Of a DNA stretch of 64,000 bases, positions 20,239-30,053 are shown one piece after another (position 1 is the stretch's first letter; the number at the start of each line of letters is the position of its first letter). The DNA is taken from IMG/VR virus record IMGVR_UViG_3300046517_001837. One strand, written 5' to 3'. Under the pieces are notes generated by a model. The model was not told where the DNA came from. It did not search any database and was given only the letters and a program-made list of their open reading frames with translations. This DNA comes from an uncultured virus (IMG/VR IMGVR_UViG_3300046517_001837). Lineage: Duplodnaviria; Heunggongvirae; Uroviricota; Caudoviricetes. The translations under genes and the position numbers were made by a program.

Positions 20239-21104
20239 GGTGTCTTTCCTTTCTCGAGCGCAAACGTGATCGCTTCATCGAGCATTTCGTGGTCGACGCC
20301 TTCACCTTGCTGCAGCCCGCGGCGCAGGTTGCCCACGCCGCGGCTGTAGCTCTCGAGCATCAGCGTCCAGAGGATCTCGCAATCCGCGTTGAAGGCGTCC
20401 TCGGTCGAGGTAGGAATGCGCGCGTGGATGCCGCGCACGTAGCGCTCGAGCGTCACGCGCAGCGGGGCGAGCCGCTTGAACACGGCGCGCTCTTCGGCGC
20501 TGATCCCGGTGTGCGGGGTTTGCTGCTGGCGAAAACTCATGATTCGATCCCTTCCCCTGTGCGGCAGTCGCTCGCCTTCTTGCGCGCGGCCGCGGCGCGT
20601 GAGCGACAGATCGCGGCGTCTTCTGTCCTGCCCCAAGCTTCCCAGCGCCGCGCCTGATCTTCCCAGCCACGCGCCGTGGCGTCGTAGCGCGGTGCGAGCT
20701 TTTGCATGTGCTCGCGGTCGAGCTTGCGGATCCAGCGGCCGCAGAACACGGCGAAGATGGACACGGCGCACATCCCCGCACCGATGCAGGTCAGCACCGT
20801 TTGAACCCGGCTCAATTTGCCCACACTTTCACGGCGTAGCCCTTGATCTCGGTATCGAGCGCGCTCGACACCCTCCACCACGCCCAGAAGTGCACGAGCC
20901 CGACGCCGAGCCACGCGATGCGGCGCAGCCCCACCAGCACCACGATCGTCGGCTTCTGCCCTTCGTCGTGGATCGCAACGGTGGCGCTGGTGAACGCGCG
21001 CCAAGGCACCTTCACGGTCGAAGCCTTGCTCGCCACGTAGAGCTCGAACGCGCGCGTATTGGCGGCCTGTACGAGGCGCTCTTCAGGCCGTAGACGGCCA
21101 TGGA

Positions 21105-21575
21105 TCACTTTTGTCGACTTTCGATCCATGCCTGCGCGCTCTTCGCTGTGATCCATTCACGGTGCTTTCCGGTGGGGTCTTCGCAGACCAAGCTACCCGC
21201 CTCGATGTGGTTACGCAGCGTGCGCTGCGACGAACTCGTCAGAGCCGCGAGAAAGCTCTGGTGCACACGCAGCCCGAGCGCGATGCGCACGCGGGCACAC
21301 GCAGCCTGCAAGAGCAGCCCGAGGGGGCTGTCGGGGAAGTCGGACGGGTCGAACGCCCCCCACTGGCGCGGCGTGGCTGCCGGCGCGCGCAGCCAGTACT
21401 CGAGCGCGCGCTTCACGTCGTTCTCGGCGCCGCTCGCCGTGTAGGTCGCATAATCGTACACGACGCCGATCGCACGCACGTGCAGGGGGAGCCCACAGAG
21501 AACGCGCGCTTGCGTGATGTAATCGGCGCGCGAGTAGTCGCCGATCCGTGGCTCGATTCGAGGAATTCCGCCCAT
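21105..21575 (-). CDS. Protein with C-terminal excisionase/MerR-like HTH
   Basis: 'FLAALTSSSQRTLRNHIEAGSL...WITAKSAQAWIESR'. Confidence 0.5.
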   Translation of the reverse strand: MGGIPRIEPRIGDYSRADYITQARVLCGLPLHVRAIGVVYDYATYTASGAENDVKRALEYWLRAPAATPRQWGAFDPSDFPDSPLGLLLQAACARVRIALGLRVHQSFLAALTSSSQRTLRNHIEAGSLVCEDPTGKHREWITAKSAQAWIESRQK

Positions 21576-21837
21576 TTTTACTGCTCTCGTTCTTGATCCG
21601 GGTCGTAACCCGGAACCTGCGCGCGCTTCATGAGCTCGCTGTTTACTGCCCACATGCAAAAGTCGCTGTCGATGTTCGGCCGCCGGCGTCCTTTGAGCCC
21701 GTACGCCTGAAGCGTGCCGCCAACGTAAATCGCGTAACCGTCGTTGCCGTGCACGCGGTGCGTCACTCTTACGGTGACGTAGGGGTATTTGACGTGCGGC
21801 GCGTGCTCGACGTCGAGCACCTGCCAGTCATCGTCGG

Positions 21838-22113
21838 TCATGGAGCGGGCTTAGGAAGCCGCGGGCCGAGGATCAGCAAGCTGTGATCCCCGAGCACCTT
21901 CGGACTCATGCCCATGTATGCGTACTGCGGAGCGTCCGAAGCAATCAGCGCGATCGTGAGCTCGTTCTGTGACCATTCCTGGCGCAGCACGTCGTACCCG
22001 ATCTCGATCGCCTCATAAGAATCGCCGTAGCGATCTACGTAGGTCGTCGCTGTCCACGTCACGACTCGGGTCTGTCTCTTCAGGCCCGGGTAGGCACTCG
22101 CCAGAATCCCCAT
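21838..22113 (-). CDS. Hypothetical protein headed by repeat copy 3
   Basis: ATG just after the repeat RBS. Confidence 0.6.
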   Translation of the reverse strand: MGILASAYPGLKRQTRVVTWTATTYVDRYGDSYEAIEIGYDVLRQEWSQNELTIALIASDAPQYAYMGMSPKVLGDHSLLILGPRLPKPAP

Positions 22114-22119
22114 GCTGTC

Positions 22120-22195
22120 CCCCATCTCTGCCGCGCTTGGCGGCCCCGTCTTCTATCGATCCTGAGGTCTGGCAATACCGTTTGCAAGCGGAATC
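22120..22195 (-). repeat. Dispersed promoter/stem-loop/RBS element, copy 3 (variant spacer)
   Basis: Leader identical to the other copies; GATTCCGCTTGCAAACGGTATTG conserved; middle diverged. Confidence 0.9.
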
Positions 22196-22790
22196 ATCGA
22201 ATCGGCGAAAGTGATCCGCCTGCTCACCCTCAAGACGGCTCACGCGCCGCTCGAGCTGCTCAAGGCGTATTCGGTCGGCTTTGCCCAGCACCGCCCCACG
22301 TTAGGCGGTGAGCCACGCCGGCGGCAAGAGCGTCTGCTTCACGCGGCTCTCGGCCCACCCGCGCACGGCGCTGAGGCCCGCAAGCAGCCAGTGCTCGAAC
22401 GAGAAGCGCTCGACCTGCAAGAGCAGCTGTTCGATCTCGACGCGGTCATATTTCGGGTCTGGCTTGTCGGCGAGCCGCTTGCTGAGCTTGTCGAGCGTGT
22501 CCCACGTCCACGCCAGCGCGCCCAAGCGCTTTGCGTTCTGCGATTCGATGTAAGTGATCTTGTCGCGATAGGCCGAGAAGATGCGGCGCTGATCTGCGTT
22601 TGAGAGCGTCGTCTGCATCACCTCGCGCGCGGCATCCCGATTGCCGAGCTTGCCCAGGTCGCGCGCCTTGTCGATGGCCGTGGCCAGCCACTCCGGCGGC
22701 GCATCGAAGCGCAGCGGCAAGAAGCGATCGAGATGGCGCGCGCCTTCGAGCGCAATGCCGATCGGGTCGTTCAGGTTCAGGATCGACTCT

Positions 22791-23936
22791 TTATCGGCGG
22801 TTTCTGGCTGCATTGCGTTCTTCCTGGGCGTCTATCTCGGCCTGTAGGCTGTTCATTTGCTTGGTGAGGTCAGCAAGCTCGGCGCCGAAGTCACCCGCGG
22901 TCATGAGCTCCACACGACGCACGTTGATAGCCTCGATCTGGCTCTTGGGCGTGCGCGCCTGCACCACGCGCAGGTTGGGTGCGAAGTACTTCGAGGGGTG
23001 ATCCGCGAGATGGCGGATCGAGTAATTGCACTTCCGAGACGCGACCCACTCGTCAGCGAAGAACGCGTCGAGCGTCTTCGCCAGGTTCGCCACATGGTCG
23101 CCGGGCACCGATACGAGCCAGTCCACGAGCCGATCCACGTCAGGGCTGCCGTATTGCGTCCAGAGCCCAGGCTGCGTGGTCTGCTCCCAGCGCGCGGCGA
23201 ACTCGCGGATCACCAGCTTGCGGGTGCGGTCGAGTAGCGCTTGGCGGTCCGTAGGCGTGCCGCTGACGCCCGAGAGCGCCGACGCCACGACGCCGGCAAG
23301 GGGCCGCGCTCCGGGCGGCTTCTCGGGGCGCTCAGGGCGCTCGAACCTGCTGAACCCTTCCGGGGGCGCTGCTGCCGCTGCTTCTTCCACGCGCGCAGGC
23401 GCGTCTGAGGGAGATCCAGCGGCGGCTATGGGGGGTAGAGATCCGGGGGCAGAGGGAGATCTCTCTCTCTCTCTGTCTTCCTCTGCTTCTCGTGCGGATG
23501 TCCTGGACGCGTCCGACTTGTCCGCGGATGTCCTGGACGCGTCCGGTGATGGCGATGCCTTTTTTGCGGCGCGCTCATCTCTTTTGCGCTCAGCGTCAAG
23601 AACCTGACGCTTTGTGCGCAGGTCGCGATAGCGCCGGTGGTTGACGACCAGCCAGTAACCGCGCTCCCGAAGCACCCGCCTGCCTTCGTGATCGGGGGTC
23701 GTGCTCTCTGGATCTGGCGCTTCGAGAATCGCGAGCGCCTCAGTGGTTTCCTCAATGGTGAGATTTGCGATCCGAGCGAGATTGCCGACCGTCGCCGCGC
23801 GCACGCGTCCATTGGGGCCAGCAGCAGCCAGCATCGCCACGAAGAGAACGCGCACCGTGCATGGCAGCTGCCAAAGGCTCGAGCCCAATATCGACCCGTA
23901 GATCTTCACGAAGCCGTCGTCGGTGGTGTCGTCCAT
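22791..23936 (-). CDS. Phage replication initiator (lambda O/DnaD-like, wHTH N-terminus)
   Basis: 'FVKIYGSILGSSLW...LFVAMLAAA...LARIANLTIEETTEALAILEAPDPES...EGRRV...WLVVNHRRYR', followed by a low-complexity linker containing direct repeats. Confidence 0.75.
   Translation of the reverse strand: MDDTTDDGFVKIYGSILGSSLWQLPCTVRVLFVAMLAAAGPNGRVRAATVGNLARIANLTIEETTEALAILEAPDPESTTPDHEGRRVLRERGYWLVVNHRRYRDLRTKRQVLDAERKRDERAAKKASPSPDASRTSADKSDASRTSAREAEEDRERERSPSAPGSLPPIAAAGSPSDAPARVEEAAAAAPPEGFSRFERPERPEKPPGARPLAGVVASALSGVSGTPTDRQALLDRTRKLVIREFAARWEQTTQPGLWTQYGSPDVDRLVDWLVSVPGDHVANLAKTLDAFFADEWVASRKCNYSIRHLADHPSKYFAPNLRVVQARTPKSQIEAINVRRVELMTAGDFGAELADLTKQMNSLQAEIDAQEERNAARNRR
23494..23545. repeat. 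Two 22-bp direct repeats (putative origin iterons)
   Basis: GCGGATGTCCTGGACGCGTCCG at 23494-23515 and 23524-23545, each containing the palindrome GGACGCGTCC; adjacent (CT)n tract. Confidence 0.7.
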
Positions 23937-23947
23937 TCGCATCCCCC

Positions 23948-23976
23948 TTGCATTTTTCGAAAAACAGTTTCACATT
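23948..23976 (+). promoter_or_regulatory. Putative sigma70 promoter antisense to the replication operon
   Basis: TTGCAT-17 nt-CACATT, overlapping the perfect palindrome TTTTTCGAAAAA. Confidence 0.55.
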
Positions 23977-24015
23977 CTCGTTCGCGCAGGTGCGGAAGAC
24001 AGCCGTAGCTGACCC

Positions 24016-24057
24016 AAAGGGCTCCCTGTTTACGAGACAGGTGAGCCCTTTTATTTT
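24016..24057 (+). terminator. Intrinsic terminator (plus strand)
   Basis: AAAGGGCTC-CCTGTTT-ACG-AGACAGG-T-GAGCCCTTT followed by TATTTT. Confidence 0.75.
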
Positions 24058-24364
24058 CCCCCTGGAAGTGAGGCGGATCTACGCCGATCGGGGCGCTGTC
24101 GTCCAGCGCCAGATCATCGAATCAGGCGCGATCCCATGGGTTGCGTATGGTCACGCCGTGACCGCCACTACCCCTCGGTAGGGCTCTTCAGCGCGGGCCC
24201 CGTGACGATGGCCAGCGACAGCATTTCGATCCGCTGCGCGCAGAAAATGCAGAGCTCACAAAGCCGGGGCTTCCCTTCCGGGTTGCGCACCGTCAGCGTG
24301 TTGTAGGGCTTCTCGCCGTCGCGCAGGTGAGCGCAGCGCGGGGGCCATTTGAGCGCCTGTGCGT

Positions 24365-24922
24365 TCACGAGACGACGTTGCCAGTGCCGTCGGTCAGGAA
24401 CGTTTTCCCCTTCGAGCGCGGGTCGTCCATGTGCGGCAGGAAGGGGTTGACCGGGTCCTGACTTACCAGCGTATTGCCCTCGCCGATAAAGAACGCGGTG
24501 TTTCCGCCCTTGCGGCGCGGCAATTTGGCCTCGCTGCGATAGCCCACCACGGCTTGGCCTTCGTGGTCGGCCTCCACCGAGATCGTGAGGGTGAGCACGC
24601 CTGACGACTCGCCCTTGATGAGCTTCGCGCGCTTCTTCAGCTCGCCCACCATGTTTTGAAACTGCGCGCTGACCACGTCCATCGCGCCGCCGCGATCGAG
24701 CTTGGACAGCATCGTTAGGAAGGCGCGCCAGTCGCCTCCCTCAATGACCGGCGCCGGAAGCGCGTTGCCCGCCACGCTCAGCGTCTCATCTTCGCCGTCG
24801 TCGTCGTCACCTGGGCCGTCGTCGGTGATCACGCCATCGGCGTCAGCCTCAGGCGGCACCGCCCGCATGTGGCCTTTGCCGTTGCTGGTCTTCCCGTTCG
24901 TTGCCTTTTTCTTTGCGGCCAT
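24365..24922 (-). CDS. Conserved phage hypothetical protein
   Basis: 'LSKLDRGG...GVLTLTISVE...KLPRR...FFIGEGNTLVSQDP' motif common in temperate-phage early regions. Confidence 0.6.
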   Translation of the reverse strand: MAAKKKATNGKTSNGKGHMRAVPPEADADGVITDDGPGDDDDGEDETLSVAGNALPAPVIEGGDWRAFLTMLSKLDRGGAMDVVSAQFQNMVGELKKRAKLIKGESSGVLTLTISVEADHEGQAVVGYRSEAKLPRRKGGNTAFFIGEGNTLVSQDPVNPFLPHMDDPRSKGKTFLTDGTGNVVS

Positions 24923-24926
24923 GGTG

Positions 24927-25709
24927 TTACCTCGCGTTTGACAGTGGGGTGATGGTGTCGAGGCGCGCGCGCGCCCTTTGGTACGTCTCGGGGTCTCTCT
25001 CGGCACCGACCGCAACGCGGCCGGTGAGCATCGCTGCGACAAGGGTGGTGCCCCAGCCTGCGCATGGGTCGCACACTACATCGCCGCGGCGGCTGTAGTC
25101 GCGCACCAGCGTCCGCATGATCCAGGCCTCTTTGCCCCCGATCATCTTCTCGCGTGGCTGGCCCTCAGGCAGCACGTAGCCGCCAGAGAGCGCGCCCCAT
25201 TTGAAGAACTCCGCGCCGGTCGGCCTCGATGCCATCACGAAGCCGGCCACCATGTGCGTACCCCACTGGGCCGGTCCGTCGCCCGTCATGCGCACGCGGC
25301 CGCCTGGCACCATGTACGAGAGTGGGGAGAAGCCGTAGCGGCCCACAGCCGCATAGGCCGCCTCGTAGGCTGGGATCAGCTCGTGGTCGCAGAAGCACAC
25401 CATCCAACCCCGAGTGCGCGGGTGCCAAAACTTGACGAACTTGTGCACGTCCTTGGGCGTCCAGGACGTGTAATCGATTGTCTGCCGGCGGTTCTTGCCC
25501 ACGGGGCGCATGTTGCCCGTCGTCTTGTCGAGGCGCAGGCGCTTATCGATCGTCGATTCGGTCGCGTAGCTGAGCTTGCTGCCGTTGTCGTGGCCGTCGT
25601 GGGTGCGCGCGCTGTAGGGCGGGTCGGCCAGGAGCAAATCACACGTCACGTCTTTGAGAACGTCGGCATAGTCGCCCTGGCGGAGGTCGAGGAAGCGCTC
25701 AGACTGCAT
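24927..25709 (-). CDS. N6-adenine/N4-cytosine DNA methyltransferase
   Basis: 'LLLADPPY' catalytic motif and 'VVCDPCAGWGTT' SAM-binding motif in beta-class order. Confidence 0.88.
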   Translation of the reverse strand: MQSERFLDLRQGDYADVLKDVTCDLLLADPPYSARTHDGHDNGSKLSYATESTIDKRLRLDKTTGNMRPVGKNRRQTIDYTSWTPKDVHKFVKFWHPRTRGWMVCFCDHELIPAYEAAYAAVGRYGFSPLSYMVPGGRVRMTGDGPAQWGTHMVAGFVMASRPTGAEFFKWGALSGGYVLPEGQPREKMIGGKEAWIMRTLVRDYSRRGDVVCDPCAGWGTTLVAAMLTGRVAVGAERDPETYQRARARLDTITPLSNAR

Positions 25710-25980
25710 TTGCGTCGGCCGCCCCGCTCGGGTCCATCATGAGATCCATCAGGCGCCGTTCCTCGCGCTTGCTGCCCCCTGCGAGCGCGCGCGCCACGAT
25801 GACCGCCACGTCGCCACGCACAGGCAGGCTACGGTAGATCTTGCGCAGCGTGGGCGCGCTGACGTCGGTCTTCGCGGCAAGCCGCTTCAGCGCCTTGTCA
25901 CCGTGCTTGTCGAACCACGGTTTCAGAAACTCAGGGGGGTCTCCCTGAAGCTCCCGCCCCCGTCCGCGTGATATTGGCAT
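25699..25980 (-). CDS. Cro-like HTH regulator
   Basis: 'ALKRLAAKTDVSAPTLRKIYRSLPVRGDVAVIVARAL'; first gene leftward of a divergent promoter. Confidence 0.6.
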   Translation of the reverse strand: MPISRGRGRELQGDPPEFLKPWFDKHGDKALKRLAAKTDVSAPTLRKIYRSLPVRGDVAVIVARALAGGSKREERRLMDLMMDPSGAADANAV

Positions 25981-25999
25981 GGCGGCCGGTTTACCACGG

Positions 26000-26026
26000 A
26001 TTTGCGAAAAGCTATTGCGCAAAATC
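26000..26026. promoter_or_regulatory. Divergent promoter/operator, second copy of the TTGCGCAA double motif
   Basis: ATTTGCGAAAAGCTATTGCGCAAAATC between the Cro-like and ERF genes. Confidence 0.8.
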
Positions 26027-26050
26027 GCGAGCCCTGTACCTTGCGGGTCC

Positions 26051-27004
26051 ATGCCCGACGCTCCCGCTTACCCCGCCGATCAGCCACAACCCACGCCCGC
26101 GCCACGCCAACCAGGCCCCGAACGCGAGTCGTTCCCGGAATGGCTCAAGGAAGAGATCGCCCAGGGCAGTGACCCGAAGATGCGCCTCGCGCTGCGCCAG
26201 GCGTTGATCCGCGCCATCAAGGCCAGCGTCGGCGTGCAAAAGCAAGGCAGCCGCAACGAAGACCAAAACTACTCGTACCTGGGCCACGCGCAGGCGCTCG
26301 ACGCCGTGCGCGCTGCGATGGCGAACGAGGGCCTCAACATCGAGCAAGTTCTGCTCGAGCCGACCGGAACCGTGATGGTCAACAAGGGCGCTTACGCGCG
26401 CTTTACGTGGCGCGCGATCTACCTGGTGACCCACACCGACGGCGGCATTCTTCCGCGCATCATTCGCGCGTGGACGGGCGACAACGACAAGTCCCCTTAC
26501 GTCGCGAGCACCATGGCCGATCGCGTGATGCTGCTGCGTTTGATGCGTATGGGCGGCAGCAAAGAAGACGACGACAACAACCCCCAAGAAGCGCAGCAGC
26601 AGCAGGCGCGCCCCGCGCAACGTCAGCAGCGGACACCCGCGCCGCGCGCCGCGCCGCAGATCTCGCCCGAGCAAATGAAGGCCGCCCAGGACATGCTCAC
26701 CGAGCTGCTCGAGAATCTGAAGCTGTGCAAAACCAGTGACGCCTTCGTCACCTGGGCACGCATCTATCAGCACGATTACGGGCTTCCCCAGAACATCCAA
26801 AAGCAAGGGTGGACCGAATGGGGGAAGGCCGTGCAGGCGCTCAACTACGCACCCGCCGAGCTCGCCGAACAGGCGCGGCGCGCCGGCAAGGTCAACGACG
26901 GCCCTGCCGATGGGGAGGTGACGTCAGATAGCGAGCCCCCTTTAGCCCCGGCGGGTACGCCCGCGAGCTCACCGCCCAAGGAACCCAGCGAGCAAGCCCG
27001 CTAG
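26051..27004 (+). CDS. ERF-family single-strand annealing protein
   Basis: 'VQKQGSRNEDQNYSY...DAVRAAMANEGL...THTDGG...DNDKSPYVASTMADRVML'. Confidence 0.75.
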   Translation: MPDAPAYPADQPQPTPAPRQPGPERESFPEWLKEEIAQGSDPKMRLALRQALIRAIKASVGVQKQGSRNEDQNYSYLGHAQALDAVRAAMANEGLNIEQVLLEPTGTVMVNKGAYARFTWRAIYLVTHTDGGILPRIIRAWTGDNDKSPYVASTMADRVMLLRLMRMGGSKEDDDNNPQEAQQQQARPAQRQQRTPAPRAAPQISPEQMKAAQDMLTELLENLKLCKTSDAFVTWARIYQHDYGLPQNIQKQGWTEWGKAVQALNYAPAELAEQARRAGKVNDGPADGEVTSDSEPPLAPAGTPASSPPKEPSEQAR

Positions 27005-27411
27005 CATTCGCAGCCAGTCTTCTACGACCCATCGACCAGCACTAGGAGCCAACAGAACATGAGCACACTTCGCCGCGGATTCACCCTTGCGCACGACACC
27101 CTGACGCTTGCCTTCGTGCCTCGGGACGGCGCGCTCTGCGTGCAAGCGACTTTCGAAGACCCGAGCGATCCGAAACGGATCATTCGCGCGGTGCTCGACA
27201 TGAGCACCGACGATCTCGCGAGCTTCTTGACCGACCTGCGCCGCGCGCAGAAAGAGATCAGCAGCGACGTGGAAGAGGTAGACGCCGAGCCGCTCGCTCC
27301 CACGTTGCCGGGCCTCGGGGAAGAGGACAGCGGCACGCCTGAGCAGGTGGCGCAGGCCGTCGGTGACGTGAAGGTCGCCGCGGAGCGCGCGAAGACACGC
27401 GGAGCGCGCGC

Positions 27412-28311
27412 GTGATCATCCCCGAAGCAAAGCTCGATATCGACACCTACCAGGCCGCCGAATGGCTCAACCACAGCAAGCTGCAGACGTTTGCGCGTGG
27501 CGGGCCGAGGCTCTTCTACCTGGCACACCAGCAGCGCAGCTTCCCTTCGCGCCCCGATACGGCGGCGCTCATCTTCGGCAAACAGTTCGAGGATCTCGCC
27601 TTTCGCCCTGACGTGTTCGGTCGCCGTTGCGTCGTGAAGCCCGAGGGGAAGCAGGCGGACGGGCGCACCGTCGAGGGCAAGGCCTGGAACGCCGCGCACG
27701 CGCACATGCGGGAGGAAGACATCCTGCACCCGAAGACACTCTCGCATATGCAGGAGATGGCCGCGGCGCTGAAGGAGAACACGACCGCGATGGACCTGAT
27801 CGCCGCGTGCGAGGCGCAGACCACCTACTCCGCGCCCTGGTCGACGCATGGGCTCGGGGACCTCGAGGTCGCATCACGGCTCGACTTCTCTTGCCGTGCT
27901 GGCTGCGCGGAAAGCGGCTTTGTTCCGTTCCAACTCGACCTGAAGACCACAGACAAGCTCGAAAAGTTCCGCTCGGGCCAGGCGGTGCTCGACTACGGCT
28001 ACCACTCGCAAGGCGGCCTCGGGCAGTACTGCATGCAGCAGAACCTTTCGCAGGCGGCTGTACCGCGGCACTTCCTGGTGGTGGTGGAGAAGCCGCTGCC
28101 ACACCGCTGCGAGATCTTCGAGGTCAGCGGCATTGCGCTCGATATCGGCTTTCGCTGGTGCGCCGAGCAGATCGAGCGGATCGCGTTTCACAAGCGCTCA
28201 GGCGAATGGCCGCGCGTCAGTCTCGAGATCCAGGAGATCGGCATCCCAGGCTGGGCAGAGCACGACGCCATGGCTCGAGCGCGCGCGGAAGAAGACGACG
28301 ACGAGGAGTAG
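27412..28311 (+). CDS. RecE/exonuclease VIII-like PD-(D/E)XK nuclease
   Basis: 'LNHSKL...ALIFGKQF...SRLDF...LDLKTT...YGYHSQGGL...FLVVVEKPLPH'. Confidence 0.85.
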   Translation: MIIPEAKLDIDTYQAAEWLNHSKLQTFARGGPRLFYLAHQQRSFPSRPDTAALIFGKQFEDLAFRPDVFGRRCVVKPEGKQADGRTVEGKAWNAAHAHMREEDILHPKTLSHMQEMAAALKENTTAMDLIAACEAQTTYSAPWSTHGLGDLEVASRLDFSCRAGCAESGFVPFQLDLKTTDKLEKFRSGQAVLDYGYHSQGGLGQYCMQQNLSQAAVPRHFLVVVEKPLPHRCEIFEVSGIALDIGFRWCAEQIERIAFHKRSGEWPRVSLEIQEIGIPGWAEHDAMARARAEEDDDEE

Positions 28312-29206
28312 CCGCTATGCCCGTGATCAATCACACCCTGGTCTACACATTCACGTGCAGCCTTTGCCCTGCGACCGGCAGCAGAAGCGGCACGATGGGC
28401 GACATAGGCCAGAGCCCGCGCCTGCCAGAAGGGTGGACATGGGCCGTAAGGCCACGGCCATTCCTTCCAGACTCGCACAAGTCTGCTGTGCAGCTGGGCA
28501 GCGGATCGGGCGAATCAAGCGAGCCGCTGATCTACCTTTGCCGCACGTGCACCAAGCGCGTCGAAGACGCGACGACACCGCATCCCGACAAGCGCAAGGG
28601 CCTCTGAAATGGGCGCGCCAGCCGGTGCCGTGGACGTCGCTATCAATCAGCTGCTCGCGTGGTGGCGGCTAGACGACAAGAGAGAGACCTTCGCAGAGCA
28701 CCTACGCCGCATCGTGACGCGCGATCTTGAAGCAGAGGGGCGCGTCTATCTCTATATCGACTATGACCCGAACGCACCGCTTTTAGAGGCGCTGGGCGCC
28801 GCCGGCGTCGAGCCGCAACGGTGCATGTACTCAGCAGATCCGCCATTCAGCTGCCACAAATCCGGTGTGTGGATCTTGTGCCGCGGAGCGATCAACGGTG
28901 TGCGCGTCAAGCACGGCTACGGCGATGACTGGTCGCTGGTCTGGGGCGTCTGGCCAGTCGAGCCATGAGCGGGCGCGCGCCAGCCGGTGCCGTGGTCGGT
29001 ATTTACGTCGACCTGATCGCGCACGTGGCGGTCGGCGACGTGATCCGCACGGGCTCAGGGCGGCGCTACGGCATCGTCAGCGTGCGCGTGCAAGAGCGCG
29101 GCATGCACGCGGGGCGACAGCACCTGCGCTGCCTCGTACTCGGCCCTGACGACGATACCGGCGCGAGCCAGGTCCATCAGATCTACTGGTACCCGCGGGG
29201 GAAGCG

Positions 29207-29590
29207 CTAACCTGCCGGCGGGCGCAAGCTGGCGCGGTTCACTCGCTCTACTTCGGCGTCGAGCTTCGTACGCACAACGTCGTCGCTCCACTGCGCCATG
29301 CCGTTCGGCGCGTTGCGGCGCGCGAGCTCGAGTGCGCGCTGCTGCTTGTCTTCGCTCTTCACCCGGGCGCCCTCGGCAATCAGCCGGCGCGAGTCGGCAT
29401 CGATGGCGGCCACCGCATCGCGAATCGCTTGCTCGCCGGCCGCCACGTGCTGGTCATCGATCTTCAGTCCCAGGTTTTCGCGCAGGTATTTGACGCCTGC
29501 TCGGTAGGCGAGGATCAGCACGCTCACGACGATCAACCCGATCAACGTGACTAGCTGCTGTTGCACTGCGGGCGTCAGGATCTCGGCCAT
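29207..29590 (-). CDS. Putative holin (LL-H-like, single N-terminal TM)
   Basis: One TM helix followed by 'AIRDAVAA...EDKQQRAL...LDAEV' pattern; at the end of the late operon. Confidence 0.55.
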   Translation of the reverse strand: MAEILTPAVQQQLVTLIGLIVVSVLILAYRAGVKYLRENLGLKIDDQHVAAGEQAIRDAVAAIDADSRRLIAEGARVKSEDKQQRALELARRNAPNGMAQWSDDVVRTKLDAEVERVNRASLRPPAG

Positions 29591-30053
29591 GTGTCCCCCG
29601 TTGGCTACTGTTTGTAGCCTCGATCTGCCCCCGCAGTTCCATGTTTTCGTCGCGCGCCGCCCCAAGCAGCGCCCTCAGAGATTCGACCTCGCGCGTCAGC
29701 TTCCGCAACGCATCTTGCGCCTCGGCCGTTTCCTCGAAGCGCTCTTCGGCCAGCCAGGTTGCCTTGTGCCGCTCGAGCTCGGCCGCCACCAGCTTCGCCC
29801 CGAGCTCATCACGCTGCGCCTCAAGCTGGGCGATGCGCTGCGCCATTTGCCCCGAGTAGTCCAGGGGCGTGAGCGCTGGTCGCGGAAGGCGCGCGCCGGC
29901 AGGCGGCATGCTCGAACTGGGCGGCGTGTCCTTGTAGATCTTCGCCAGCCGCTTTGCGTTCCACGAGACCAGCAGCTTGACCGCAAGCCCGAGCCCGGCC
30001 GAGATCGCGCCCACGAAGAGCCCGCCCGCGGTTTCGGGGCTGACGTCGGGCAC
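29454..30053 (-). CDS. Membrane-anchored coiled-coil protein (lysis cassette?)
   Basis: N-terminal TM helix plus long heptad repeat; adjacent to the holin. Confidence 0.5.
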   Translation of the reverse strand: MPDVSPETAGGLFVGAISAGLGLAVKLLVSWNAKRLAKIYKDTPPSSSMPPAGARLPRPALTPLDYSGQMAQRIAQLEAQRDELGAKLVAAELERHKATWLAEERFEETAEAQDALRKLTREVESLRALLGAARDENMELRGQIEATNSSQRGTHGRDPDARSATAASHVDRVDRRERADPRLPSRRQIPARKPGTEDR

